NCBI GenBank assembly: GCA_038496445.1
Contig: JALMLS010000062.1
Location: forward strand, 62,001-126,000
From: Trichosphaerium sp. ATCC 40318
Lineage: Eukaryota > Protista > Tubulinea
Length of the DNA: 64,000 bases
Direction of reading: 5' to 3'
In this document: positions 25,323-38,150 of the stretch, piece by piece
Numbering within the stretch: the first letter of the stretch is position 1
How the letters are laid out: each line of letters opens with the position of its first letter
Program-made: the position numbers and the translations under genes
Notes under the pieces: generated by a model
Database searches by the model: none
The model's input: the letters and a program-made list of their open reading frames with translations, nothing else
Told to the model about the DNA's origin: nothing

Positions 25323-28300
25323 TCAAGATGTAGGCTCACTTTCTGGATCAAAATCTGTAGAAAGTCTTGATACGTAAGATTTAAGATCAGACTTTACACC
25401 AGAATCTAATGCCTTAGTGTATTGGTTTCCTTTAACACCTGCAGAAACATTCATCAAGAAAAATATACAACAATCAAAAGCATGCTTCAGAACACTACTC
25501 TTTGTCTTATTGTATAATTTTAGAATACTTGGTACAACCTTTGGAATGAATGATTGTGCAAGCTATACATAAAAAAGTCAGTAATGAAGCTAAGAAAGAA
25601 AAGAGAACACCCAAACAATCCAAAAAATCCAAAAAAAAAAAAGCATGTGTTTCTCGCTGCCATAGCAATTTTTTCCTTTTATGTTTTTTATAGGTAATTA
25701 ACGGGATGTTTTGATGTAAGGAGCAAGCGTAAAGATAAAAGCGGATAAAGTCAATGGAGAGAAATGAGGTTTTTTGTGTTTGTTTTTTGATTCACTTTGT
25801 TCGGCATCATGTAGTTACATACCTCGTTATTTGCTTTAGCCAATTTAGTAATTTGTTTTACAGAAGCCATAACAATTTCAGTTGAAGTGTCTCCAAGTGT
25901 TGATAGTATTAATTTCATCAACGTTTTAACACGGTCTGTATCTGTATCACTAACGAGCATACATCCCGCAACTCGGATTCCAGCTTTACGTACAACATTC
26001 TAAAGGAAACAATAAGAAAGCTGCCAAAAAACAAGAACCTCCACCAAGGTGGAAAAATATTTGTTTTCGTTCGAAATTCTTACTTTATCCAACATGATGG
26101 CTTCTTCAACTCTTGGGAAAAGACGGTCATACTGATCCTCGAATAGATCAGCGTTTTGTTCCATCATGCAGCTGATAGCTTCTAATCCGCCATGGCACGC
26201 TTCCCAATCACTAGGGTCAACCAAGACATCCCTGAAAGAAATAAGATGAGAAGATGCATCAAAAAAAACGTTTGACATACCCAACCAAGTCATCAACATC
26301 ACTCTCAGTAAAAAATACTAGATGAGCGCCAAGACACTTTGCTGCATGTTGTCTAATTGATTGCTCTTCATGTGAGAGCAATGATACACAAGAGCTTCGT
26401 GTTGAAGATAAAACAGAGGAGGCAATTGTTTGTTTTGGCTCAAGCAACAGAATTTGCTGTAAAGTTGTTAATATCAAGTCTATCAATCAACAACGTACTG
26501 TAAAAGCTCTTAAAGCAAGTGGAATAGCAGGAGAGCTTGATTCCATCAATATTTTTGGAATCTCCTTCAGCATAGACTTCAATTCTTTCTCTGAAAAAAA
26601 ACTCATTAACGAAGTTACAGCGCAGAGGAAAAGGTTCAGTGTTAGTAATCACGTACTTCCTTGAGGATGAAGAACGATCAATTGTGAAATACAAGTAAAA
26701 GCATGATCTCTAAGTAATCTAGAGTCCTCTTTAAGAGCTTTGAAGCAAATAGACTGCATTGGTCCCCATAGATGCTTAATCTTCAATCCACCTTTCTCAA
26801 GAGCAACTCTGTAATAATGTGAGCTTGTTTATAGCTAACAAACTAACGAATCAAACGTACCCTAAGGTCTCAATAACTTGTAATTTGACTTGAAGTGGTG
26901 TTGTTCTTGCAATCCTAATAAGTTTACCAGCAACATCAACCAAATACGCTTTGACTGCATCCGGAGGTGTTAATACCATCAATTTACCTAAAGACAAGAA
27001 GGTTAGTTTTATGTAAATGCACTCTTCATATTAAGTCAAACATACGTATGGCAATGATAGCTACTCTGCGTTCATCATCATTACCAGATTTTATGAAATG
27101 ATAGTAAACATCCAAGAGAGGCTTAAGTGATTTAGGTGTAGCGAATCCAGCTACATCATCCCTCTTTGTTCTATGTAGTCCCAATGATAGCACACCAATT
27201 GATGTATCAAGCAAAGGAAGGTAGTCATAATAAGCAGTAGTTGGAATATGCTAAAGAGACACAAAAAGTTAATACTTATCCGTTTGGAATTCTGCAAACA
27301 TACTTTGATAGCACTGGTAAGAGCTCCACTAGCAGCAACATGAACACGCTCGTTCACATCTGCATGCATCTCTAAGCTCATTTGTACAATAGCATTCATC
27401 AAATTAACATGTGAAACCTCCAAAGCAGTGCCCTATGTCAAACGTAAATAAAAGACGTAAAACAAACCAAAAACCAGTTCGTACTTCACAGTAAAGACGC
27501 ATTACAGCTAGAGCACGGTACTTCTTGTCATCCTAGAACATACTATTAGCTCCACAGAAGGTAAGACATGATGACGTACATCGTCACCTTCAACAAACTT
27601 TCTAAGCTCAGTAATGATGGCGTTAATGCCACTGACAGCAGCATGATCACATACTTGTACAAAAGCCTCTTGAATACGATCGATCATCTCTTGGTTATCA
27701 TCGTCCAGGCTATTAAGTAACGCAGGTACTACTTGCTTCAAGTATGTGCGTAAAGCAGGACCACAAGCTGAGGCAACAGTACCAAGAGCTAGAATGTTGA
27801 ACGAAGTGCAAGGCTCCTACGAAAAGGTTTACAAACAGTAAAAAACTTCTTCTTTTTAGCGTACGGTTATGAGCTTTGGTACAATTCTAGGAAGAACAGT
27901 CTTACTCTTTACACTGAGTACTTGTTGTAAACCAGTCAAGGCAGCTGATCTCTTGTCTAGATCTTCCTCTTCCAAACCAGACATAAGCTTTGGAAGCAAC
28001 TTCTCTGTAAAAAAGAATACAGTTAGTACAAGCAACTGAAATTGTAAAAAGTATCATACCGATTGCTGAGTCTCCAGCAGCGCTTTGTAAAGCATCAAAA
28101 GCAGCTGCAGCTGCTTGTTGTACTCTAGGGTCACTTGAAAGGAATAAGCTAATGTGAAGTATACATGAGAAGAGCCAAATATACGCACGTATCACAAATA
28201 GCAAGTTGTACGACAGGGAACAATTTTCCAAAATTGTTCTGAACTGTTGCTCTACCAGCAGCTGTGATGACTTCCTTAAGTCCTACACATACACCTTCTC

Positions 28301-31300
28301 TTATGTTTGATTCAGGTAAGGCCAAACTCTATAACGAAAGTAAGAGAAGTCAACAAGACGAAACAAAGCCTTCTGTACCTCAGTAAATACTGGAATGACA
28401 TCTTCGATTAATTTAGATCCAAGACGGCTTGTAATCTCTCCAATAGATTTACTTGCAAGGTGCACGTGATCAGGATTTTCGCTACCTATGACAGTGGTTG
28501 TTAGTGTTTGATGTCTCGGTACAGGAGGCAAACAAATGGTTTCGTACCGAGTAATCCTACAGCTCTTTTGACAAGTACAGGTACAATTATCTTTAGCGCT
28601 TTAAGAGGGAACTTAATTGAAACACTCTCCCTCCAAGTAGCATGTGCAGTACTGATAACACGCGGGTTAACATCTGTACGTAACAGGTACATTGATGCCA
28701 ATAAATCAGACGCTCTTGACTTGCCAATAACTTCAAAGATATCTAAAAAAAGCGAGGGTAAGCAATCACAAGATTGGTGAAAAAAACGCATACCGAGTTG
28801 TTCTTCAATGTTTGGATTCTTAGTGAGCTTCTCTGTTAGTTTCTCTGTTAACTGTAATGCACTACGCCTTATACGCCAGTTCTCATGGAAGAAGCTTCTT
28901 TGTAGAGTAGGTAGTAGTAAATCTAGAGATACTTCTGCGTATTCTGTAACAATAGATTTACCAGCTTCTAAAGCTGCTGTTCTTACAGCTTCTAAACATA
29001 GAGATTAATAAAAATATCGGTACAGACAACGTACCTTTGTCATCAGAAAGACCAGTCAAAATGATAGGAAGGATTGTAGGTAGGTAAGGATGCATACGAG
29101 CTCCCATGGCTCTAGGTAAAAAGCGCCATACTTCTTGGTATCCCTTTTTTTTTGTGGTATTAGTACAACGCCAAGATTCAGTTTCTTTGGGCAAATGTCG
29201 TACTTGTCTGCTCTCAAATTGATCTGAAGCACAACCTTCAATGACTTTATCCAAAATTTCATCATCAAATCTGCTTAGAGGTAAACCTTGAATAATTTCT
29301 GCCAAAGCTTGTGCAGCACCTAAACAACTTTCTTAGCAAGACTTTCCAACAAAAAAGTTGCGACTACTCAAAGTTAGACAAAAACATACCACTTCTTTTA
29401 GCCTCTGATTCACCACCACTTAGTTGAGTAAACAACCAAGGTATCATATCGGCAAACTCTTCTTCACCAACACCTGTATCACAAAAAGTCAGAAAAATCA
29501 ATAACTTTGTTTAATTGGTTTGTCTGGTCTTCTAACTTACCTTTAACAAGTGATCCAAGTGCGCGTGCAGCAAAAGCACGGTTCATAGGAATTGTATCTG
29601 TAACAATTTCACGCAATCGGTCTAAAAGTTCAGAGAAATATGGTCTCAAAATAGACGTCTTTGTCAATTTTGACATATTTCCGACAAGTGAAACAGCCAT
29701 ACGCTTAGTCTCTGCTTCTCTAGTTTTCATAGCATTTAATACAAGAGACATAAGCATAGATAAACTAGCTGCATCTATTTGATGGACGAAATTTGTGCTC
29801 TTCAAATCTGAAAGCGCTTTGTTTTGAAATTTAGCAGGTGCTCTGATTGCTTTGATAATAAGAGGAACATGACGTTTGAGCTCAGGGTTACGAATAACAG
29901 TGCCAATCTTACCAAAAGAAGCAATAGCAGCTTGTTCAACCTGGAGAGAAAGGTAAGAGTAAATTCGCCATAGATAAAGACGCTGACTTGTTTTGACAAT
30001 CAAAAAAAATTACAAAAAAAGAATAGCTCCGAGAGGAATCGAACCTCCACCTACGGCTTATGAGACCGCTATGCTTTCCGTTACACCACAAAGCTGTTTG
30101 TGCTTGTTAAGAAGGTGCTGGAATATAGCCGCCGCAAAAAAGCAGTATCACGTGCGTAGGAGATCAGAAAAGGAAGTAGCACTGGAAATGACAGTTTTTC
30201 ATTGAAAACCATAACAAAAATTTTACCTTTAGATCAGCATCGAATACTGCTTTACGCAATAGTGGTACAATATCTGGAAGTAATATAGCGAGTTGCTTAG
30301 GTTGTGCATTTGCCATACTACCAACCAAGTTAAGCGCACAAACCTTTTTATGAGATTTGGTTGCTTTCATTGCAGCAATAACCACTAATGGATCATGTTA
30401 GACAGCTAATATTGCTATTGGTGTAATTAACGCACGTGGTAGAACTCGTTTTGAACAATAAGGTCCAACATTAGCCATAATCTCACGCGAGGCTTCAACA
30501 GCAGCTGTACGAACACGTTCATTGCGGTCACCAACAGAGTCAAGTAGAGTAGGAAGTACATGCTCAACGTAAGGATCAAACAATGTACCCAAAGTTGTAG
30601 GCAGTACTTTAAGCTAACAAAAATGTAAGTTGACACCATGGACAGGCAGTAAACTACAACTGCCAATGGGCTTACCATAACAAGTGCACCCTCTTTGACA
30701 TCAATATCTTTACTATTAGCATACTCTTTAAGACGTGCGAATATGTTGTTATCCTTCAATGAAGTAATACCAAGTCCCTTGGCTAAACCACCAACACCAT
30801 ATCCAGCACCACGCTTGACATACTTTTCTGCATTGGAAGTAGCCTTAAAAAAATCTATCAATGCCCTGAACGAGTGAAATATAATTGTCTACCTTTTCTA
30901 ATAGTTTATCTATCAATTCTTGAGCCTGTGGTCTTTGTTTGACAATAAGTGCTGCCAAACACTTTGATACAGACTAACAAATCAATTAATATAAGAAAGA
31001 TTAACAATTACTTACACGTTGTACACGCTCTGCATTAGTAGAAAGAGTTTCCAGTAATGTGTCAACAATCTTTTCAATCTAAAGCACAACTTGTGAGCAT
31101 AGAACTTAATATAATGTATAACGTACGTTCTCATCGTCATCATTGAGATGTGTACCAAGAGTACCAAGGAAAACAGCAACAGATTCACGCACTTTATGTT
31201 CTGCAGGAGAACTTGGTGTCTGAGTCTCCAAAAAGTTTCCTAAAGACAAACACCATTAACAACATCCTTTCAACGTTTGTTTGTTTGTTTTTGACGTACC

Positions 31301-34300
31301 GAAAAGGTGATTGAGTGCATCAATGTCTCTTGTACCACGAATATTAACAATAGACATACCAGCACGTATAGCAAGATCTCTTACAATTTCATTAGGATCA
31401 CCAGCAGCCATACTTGGTTTCTTCATCATAAAATCGAAGATTTGTACAATAGCGTTTTCTGGTACACTTGTAGATGCGAAAGCGCCTAACAGGTAACATT
31501 AAAACAACCTTTAAAAGAACAACACTCAGTACCCAATATTTTTACAATTGATGATCTGATGAACTTGTTTTTAGCTGATTCTTTAATGTTTCTTAGCTTC
31601 ACCCAAGCCAAATTATCGTTATAGAGTTTGAATAGATTCTTCAATGTTGCATCACAAACTTCTTTGTGTGAATCAACAATAACAGCTACAGCCTTAGCCA
31701 TCATTAACCTAAGCACAACAATCAGCAACAGTTCATTTGTTAAACACAAAACAGCAGTGAGAAGTTGTAATGTACTTACCGTATTGAAGGATGTACTGTT
31801 GCGATTGGGTACATAGCAACCTTTATAGCTTCTACTGGTTCAATTTCGCCATCATACAAGTCTAGAATGTATGCAGCTAAATCAGCATTCTCTTTTACCT
31901 TATCTTGTGCATATAACGTCCTACACAAAGCGGTTAGAGGAAAAAAGATCATAAAAGTAAAGCCACGTACAACAAGGCGAGGATAACTTGGTCTTGCTTG
32001 TAACGATCACTTGTAAAGTTACGGATACACTAATAACAAAGTTAAGATGGCTTTTTGGGTGGAAACATCAAGTTGTAATACCTTGATGGCTTTCAATACA
32101 ACAAGTCTTGAATCTTCACTGGCAACCAATCCACTCTTTAGTAATGTATGAATAATTGGTCTATGTGAAGCAGATGGTGTAACACATCCCATTAAAGTAT
32201 TAGTAGACCTAACAGCACGATCGCGAAGTGATCCATTGTTGTTTACGACAACATAAAACAATATTTCAAGCTAAGAAGAAAAACGATTAGTTTGGTGCTA
32301 ACGTTTTCAATAAAAAGCTCAATGACTCACCATCATCTTAGAAATATGAACATTAGCATGTCTTTCTACTACGCCCAAGGCAAGGTCTTGTGCTTCAGCA
32401 GGATAATCAGGGCTTGCTAGTGGTAGTTCACACAAGTGAAGAGCTTTAAGAATGTGATGTGAGTAGTTAGATTTGTTTCATTCAATGTCGTACCAATAGC
32501 CAAAGCTTGATTCGTTAGAGGATACTGACCATATTTATCATTACGCAATCGGACGAAGGTATCTTTAACCATCTCTGACTTACGCTCTATGACATAAATG
32601 TTAAGATAATATGTATTTGCTTATAAATAGTACCTTGTGTGAGCTTAGGTGCAGAGTAGACATTGATGAGACAATGAGGTATCGATATTTTACTAGAATA
32701 ATAAATTTAGTAGTTGAACAAGATGACCGGTCAGTCATTAGTTGACTGAATTACCTTTCTTGGAACCCAGTAAATGTTGTGTTGCAGAATACATGGAGTG
32801 CATTGGCTGCAAAAGAATGTGATAGCTTGTTTGGTAGCATTTTCAAAAGCATAGGGATAATGACCTCGAAATATGACTGGAATACATCCGGTTGTACAGT
32901 ACAAATACAAGCAAATGTCTAAAAAGAGGTATTAGGTGGAATAACCACAAAAGACTCATATTGTGCTTAAGTCAATTACGTACTCCGTAAACACCGGCAA
33001 GACGCCTAAATACTGTTCCTACGCGTGTGCGGATATCAGCCTCGACTACTAGTTGAGCATCCTGGAGTTTCTTCAACTCTGGGTCAATGTTTTCTTTGCC
33101 TTTTGCAAGATCTTTTCTCATTTCAGCGATTTCTCTTTCTTCTTTTGTGGGTTTCTTAGACTTCACACGTCTACCAATATTGCTAATTTCCACTGTAATA
33201 TTATTAGCATCAGCAAGAACTTTTACAGTAGAAGACAAAGCACATACCTTCTTTGTAAAGAACGCCAGCAGGTGTCTCATAAATTGCGAAGTCGTCTTCA
33301 GAAAATTGAACCCAGTCGTTTGTGTTGGCAAGTTCAAGCATTTTATCAAACAACATCTTAGCGCTTGTTGTATTTAAAAAGTTGCTCAATGCAGCAAGTG
33401 TATATTTTGCTCTGTTTACAAGGAAGTCATTCTATTAATAAAAAAGTAAGAAAAAAGTGAGATTTTTACCAAAAAATCGATTGAATACCTCGCCGACTAG
33501 ACCTTGATCACCGCATGCAATCTCTACAATTTCTGGCATATATTTATCCAATACATTAGGAATACCAGCTTGTTTAAAAATGCCTTTCAAGCGAGATTTA
33601 TAAGGCTGCGCTGTAAAGAAAAAGTTAGTTTTTCTTTAAGTTTGGGTGGTACAAGTTTAACGTAACGTACAGACAAGCGGATGATGAGCAGTGAAAAGTA
33701 ATGTAGGTATTTTCTCTGTAGGAAATTTAAGACTGAGGAAACATCTAAGGGTTCTATATAGGACTTTTTGAGGTGGTTTAACCTCGCTATCTTGAAGCTA
33801 CGGAAAAGTAAGAATGACACTAAACTCCTTTCAAGTACCTTTGTTAAATAGGCAGCGAATGCATCTATAAAGAAACTGCAGCTATTTTTCTCGCAGTACT
33901 CATGTATGACACTACGCATTAGCTTTCTGTTTTCAAACTTGTTTGAAAGTAAGCCAGAAACAAATACTTCAAGAAGTTCTCTGAAAAAAAAAGTTATGAC
34001 ATTAATCGTTCTGTTAAACAGACATACGGTGACTTAGATACAACGTCCAAGTGATTATTGAGAGCAAGAGATACGAACTGAGTAAATAATTGAAACTCAA
34101 TATCATCAAACTTGTCTACAATAGATGGAGAAAACAAGAAGCATGAAGGAGCTAACATTAAATCACAAATACCCTTTTCTTTAGCTGCAGCATCTAAAGC
34201 ACAAAACAACATTAGTATTATGCTAAACTACTACAAAAGGGTGCTGTACGTACCTATCTTGTCATCTAAAGTAGTTGTTTTCAACAAAAAGCACAAACCA

Positions 34301-36438
34301 CTGATATTAAAGCTTGCGCTTCGTACTTTGGCAATATTTGCTTTTAATCCTGTAAAAATCTTGCTGGAAATGTCACTGAACTAAACAACATACCGTTAGA
34401 TTAATACAAAGGTTATAATCTTAAACGTACCGTAGAAGCGAGCAATTGTTTGTTTTCATAAAACGCAACAGGAGCCAAAAAGTACTGACGATGTGTTTGA
34501 TCAGTTATACCATTAGCAAATGCCTTTGTTACTGAATCTGGAATTGTTTCGCACTTGCTTAAATAATACGCAAGGCAAGGAGATAATGATGGGAACACAG
34601 CTACTGACTTTTCACTTGCTTGTATTTTAGCAATAGCATTCACAGCAAGTTCCTATTTTTACGTTGTTAGTACTTGTTGCAAATTTCTGTTTGAGTCACG
34701 TGCCAATACATTAGAAGGTAATCCAGGATGATATAAACTTGTCAAAGCGTCAAGTACACCTACACGCTCATATGGGTATCCTAACTTTCCTCCAAGTTTT
34801 TTAGCCATTAAAGTAACTTGTGCTGATATCTTTTCAATATTTTCTGTTGATTCTCTCCAACACCTTTGAATAGAACCTGTCAATAACCAAAAAAACTGAC
34901 ACAAATAAAAAATAATTGTAAATGTAATCTGAAACAAATAAGAGGATAACGTACTTTATCAAAGCAACACTTCGTGTACGCTTGTCATCGTCTTTACCAG
35001 TAATAAATGTTTCAATAATTTTAATAAGATCACCCAAGTATTCGCCACAATCAAGCTTTGCAGCACCACAGAACCTCTCAATTACAGCTTTATATTGTTA
35101 GTATATTACCACACAAACCTACTAGGTATAAAAAACATTATAAAGCTTACCATAAGCAACATCTGAGCTACGTCTCATTTGGCGTGTGAAAGCAGGTAAA
35201 ACAATTTCACCAAATTCTTTAGGTGTGATATTTCTAAACATAGGCATAAAACAATCTTCTGTTGTCTTATCAAAAGGAACCTTGCCAAAAACTAGGCAAC
35301 ACAGTCAACTTTAAACCGCTGAATAATTTTGTTTCAAAAAAAAATGTTTCAATTTTAAATAAATGTGAAAGGCTTTGTTACCACTTCTAAGCACTTAATT
35401 TCTTTTTAGAAAGTGGCAACGCATCACCCTTTATAGGTGTAATGAACATTGTATCAATATTAAGAGGGTCAAAGCAGACTGACGTCTTTGAAGTGTAAAA
35501 AAACCAATACTCACCCCAATCAACAAACCATGAGATTATTGTCTTGCGGTGTGGACTTGCTTCTGTCTTTGGATCAAACACATAGCTGGCTACAAAATGT
35601 ACAGCACGAAATTGATCTTGTGCACTGCTCAAATGCTTTATATACGCTTCAAGAAGAGCTGGAGTCTATTTTTGTTCATTTAGTCGCGAATCTATGAAAC
35701 AAAAAACTTTTGGGCCTTGTCGCGTTTATGCGCTTTAAACTGGCTGTACAATGCACTACGAGGCGTACCTGCTTGAATATATTTCTCAAATTTTTTGCTA
35801 GCTCTTTGCGACACTTTTGATGCTTTGCTTGATATATACTTAGCGAAATACGTCTATGGGGCAATAAAGTAACGCGTACCAACAACATGTAATAATTGAA
35901 GATGAATTTGCCAGTATTTGGCGTCAGCAGCGTTGGTTAGTTTTATAAATTGGTCTGGGTGGACGCTGGCAAATAAAAAGAAGGTACGCATGAGCCCCAT
36001 GCTTGCATCGCTTCCGGTCTTACCCAAACGACCTGCTCGCTATTATTTATTAGCTGTGCTGTAATATTTACGCTTGGATAGCGTTAATAGCGTACTTTGT
36101 TCCATAATTTTACCCACGGCTTTGTTACATGTTTACCATATTGTTTTAGTATAGTGATAATCCATTGCTATGAAAATTAACGCTTATTGTTACTATTTGT
36201 TTTTGTCATACGTGACCCTTGGCACTATGAGCCCAACCGGTTTGGAATAGCACTTTCGTAGCTTCTACCCATGTTTCTACACTTTCGTCAACAAAAACAA
36301 ATCAAAATATGTTTTAAACACTAAAACAATACCCTCGTTTAGAGTATCAAAGTGATCAGCGTATGGAGATACATTAAAATTGTCTCGTGCAGCTAATTGT
36401 TTAATAGCGAGCAACGGGCTTGTTTCGCTCTCAGTCAT
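25323..36438 (-). CDS. GCN1: eIF2-alpha kinase activator GCN1 (HEAT repeats), dozens of short introns
   Basis: RGAGYGVGGLAKGLGI, PYVEHVLPTLL..VGD..ERVRTAA, PKQLAILLPDIVP, IGTVIRNPEL, TNFVHQIDAASL, WRIRRSALQL, LASMYLLRTD, DVAGFATPKSLKPLL. Start ATG 36438 is inferred; stop TGA 25323-25325. Confidence 0.93.
30002..30020 (-). terminator. RNA polymerase III oligo-T terminator of the intronic tRNA
   Basis: T7 run 3 nt after the discriminator base, followed by a second T-run on the minus strand. Confidence 0.75.
30024..30095 (-). tRNA. tRNA-Met(CAT), initiator-like but atypical, inside GCN1 intron 29941-30226
   Basis: AGCTTTG-TG-GTGT-AACGGAAA-GCAT-A-GCGGT-CTCATAA-GCCGT-AGGT-GGAGG-TTCGATT-CCTCT-CGGAGCT-A folds into a 72-nt cloverleaf, with A-box TGGTGTAACGG and B-box GGTTCGATTCC. 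Confidence 0.85.
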
Positions 36439-36893
36439 TGCATTGAACGAGCTATTAAATTTCTCAAAGGACTAAAGAGAAAAACACCGACCACGTCATT
36501 TCTTGAACCATCCTACATTTTTTACAAAAATGATGTGGCACTTGCGCCGAATTGATACATTACAACAACAATCTAAATGCCCAAGAACTTGACATCAAAA
36601 ATTTTTTTTTTTAACGATGATTTCTTCCTTTCTTTCTCTCAGCGCTGCGATCATTTGAAAGGTTAGTGGTTGAAAGTTGTGTTGTCGAGTCTAAATGTGG
36701 TGTATTTGGGCGTTTGCAGTCAAGAACAGTATTTTGGAACAATTTCGAACTTTACCACAGGCTTTTCGTTGAACGTTGAAGCTTACTTAATATTTTGCCA
36801 AGCCTCAAGTTACAATTCCAAGTACTTGCCTTGTGCCCACAGTTCCTAGCCTTCGAAGCTTTCATACCTAAAAAATACATTGGCTTTAACACC

Positions 36894-38111
36894 ATGGAAG
36901 ATCACGCTCAAATCAATTTGCTACGCCTCCCAGTAGAGCTACAGCTAGATATATTAGATTTAGACCCTGGATTAGACCTAAAATGGGCTCTTTTATCTAA
37001 ACGGACGGCAATGATGTTAAAATATGATGAAAACCTCAAAAAACATGGAAAATGGGTTAAATACATTGCAACATGTCAGTCAGATGAAAACCGTTATGTC
37101 AATAAAGAATTTCAAGTCGTAGTACAAGAGAACTGGCAACACGGTGAACGACATGGAGACTATAAACGCTATTATGAAAACGGCCAACTAAAGGAACATT
37201 GTTCTTTTTTTCGAGGAAAAACAAACGGAGAGTGTAGATGTTGGTATGGTAATGGCACTTTAGCGGTATCTTGTAGCTATTTAAATGGAAACCTTAATGG
37301 AGAATGTAAGCATTTTCATAAGAAGATAGGTGAAGCTGTACTGAAGAAGTATTGTATCTATGACAACGGTAAAATAGTTGGAGAGTTCAGGACTTGGCAT
37401 TCAAATAAGGTATTGGATGAAAAGTGTTTTTTTGAGAATGGCGTACAAGAAGGAGAATATAAAAAATGGAATGTCCACAGCCAATTAATTGAAGAGTGTT
37501 TTTACATTAAAGGAGAGAAAGATGGAGAGTATAAGAGATGGCATCAAAATGGAGCGTTAGCTGAAAAGTGTTTCTATGTTAAAGGAGTTAAACAAGGGGA
37601 GTATAGACAATGGTATGAAACCTCAACAGATAAGCAAAGGTACACTTATGTTGATGGTGTTTTGGAAGGTAGTTATACTACTTGGTACTCTAATGGTACT
37701 CTTGAGGTTCATTGTAATTATAAAGACGGTTTAAGAGAAGGTGAATATGATTGGTATTTTGAGGGTGTTTTAACAAAAAAGACAAACTATGTTAGTGGGA
37801 GGATTGAAGGAGAGCAAAAGAGTTGGCATCCAAATGGTAAATTATATGAACAATTTCATTTTAGGAACGGTAAGATGGAAGGCAATTATAAGCAATGGCA
37901 TGATAATGGTACGTTATGGAAACAACAAAGCTATGTAAAAGGGAAAAGAGAAGGAAATTATTTACAATGGTATAAAGATGGTTCACTAGAGGTTGAATGT
38001 GTTTATGTAAATGATAAGGCGGAAGGTGTATCTAAAGTATATGATACTGAGGGTAACTTGATACCATTACTGTACACAGAATACCGTGATTACAGAAGGA
38101 ATAAAGAGTGA
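36894..38111 (+). CDS. Intronless F-box-like plus about 13 MORN-variant (YwqK-type) repeats
   Basis: N-terminal LLRLPVELQLDIL...WALLSKR; 24-aa repeats GxxxGEYKxWxxNGxLxxxCxYxx. Confidence 0.88.
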   Translation: MEDHAQINLLRLPVELQLDILDLDPGLDLKWALLSKRTAMMLKYDENLKKHGKWVKYIATCQSDENRYVNKEFQVVVQENWQHGERHGDYKRYYENGQLKEHCSFFRGKTNGECRCWYGNGTLAVSCSYLNGNLNGECKHFHKKIGEAVLKKYCIYDNGKIVGEFRTWHSNKVLDEKCFFENGVQEGEYKKWNVHSQLIEECFYIKGEKDGEYKRWHQNGALAEKCFYVKGVKQGEYRQWYETSTDKQRYTYVDGVLEGSYTTWYSNGTLEVHCNYKDGLREGEYDWYFEGVLTKKTNYVSGRIEGEQKSWHPNGKLYEQFHFRNGKMEGNYKQWHDNGTLWKQQSYVKGKREGNYLQWYKDGSLEVECVYVNDKAEGVSKVYDTEGNLIPLLYTEYRDYRRNKE

Positions 38112-38150
38112 AGAATTTTTTTTATTTTGTCAGGTTTTTTTTTAGAGATG

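Noticed and set aside
25564-25821. Long GCN1 intron (and RPAP3 intron near 41651-41917) as snoRNA hosts
   Set aside because: No convincing C/D box pair or two-hairpin H/ACA fold could be established by eye. It needs an Infernal or snoReport scan.
29993-30205. ORF containing APRGIEPPPTAYET
   Set aside because: It is the antisense translation of the tRNA gene.
34653-34709. Additional GC-AG intron (GCACGT at 34703) in GCN1
   Set aside because: An in-phase GTATTG donor 6 nt upstream explains it equally well.
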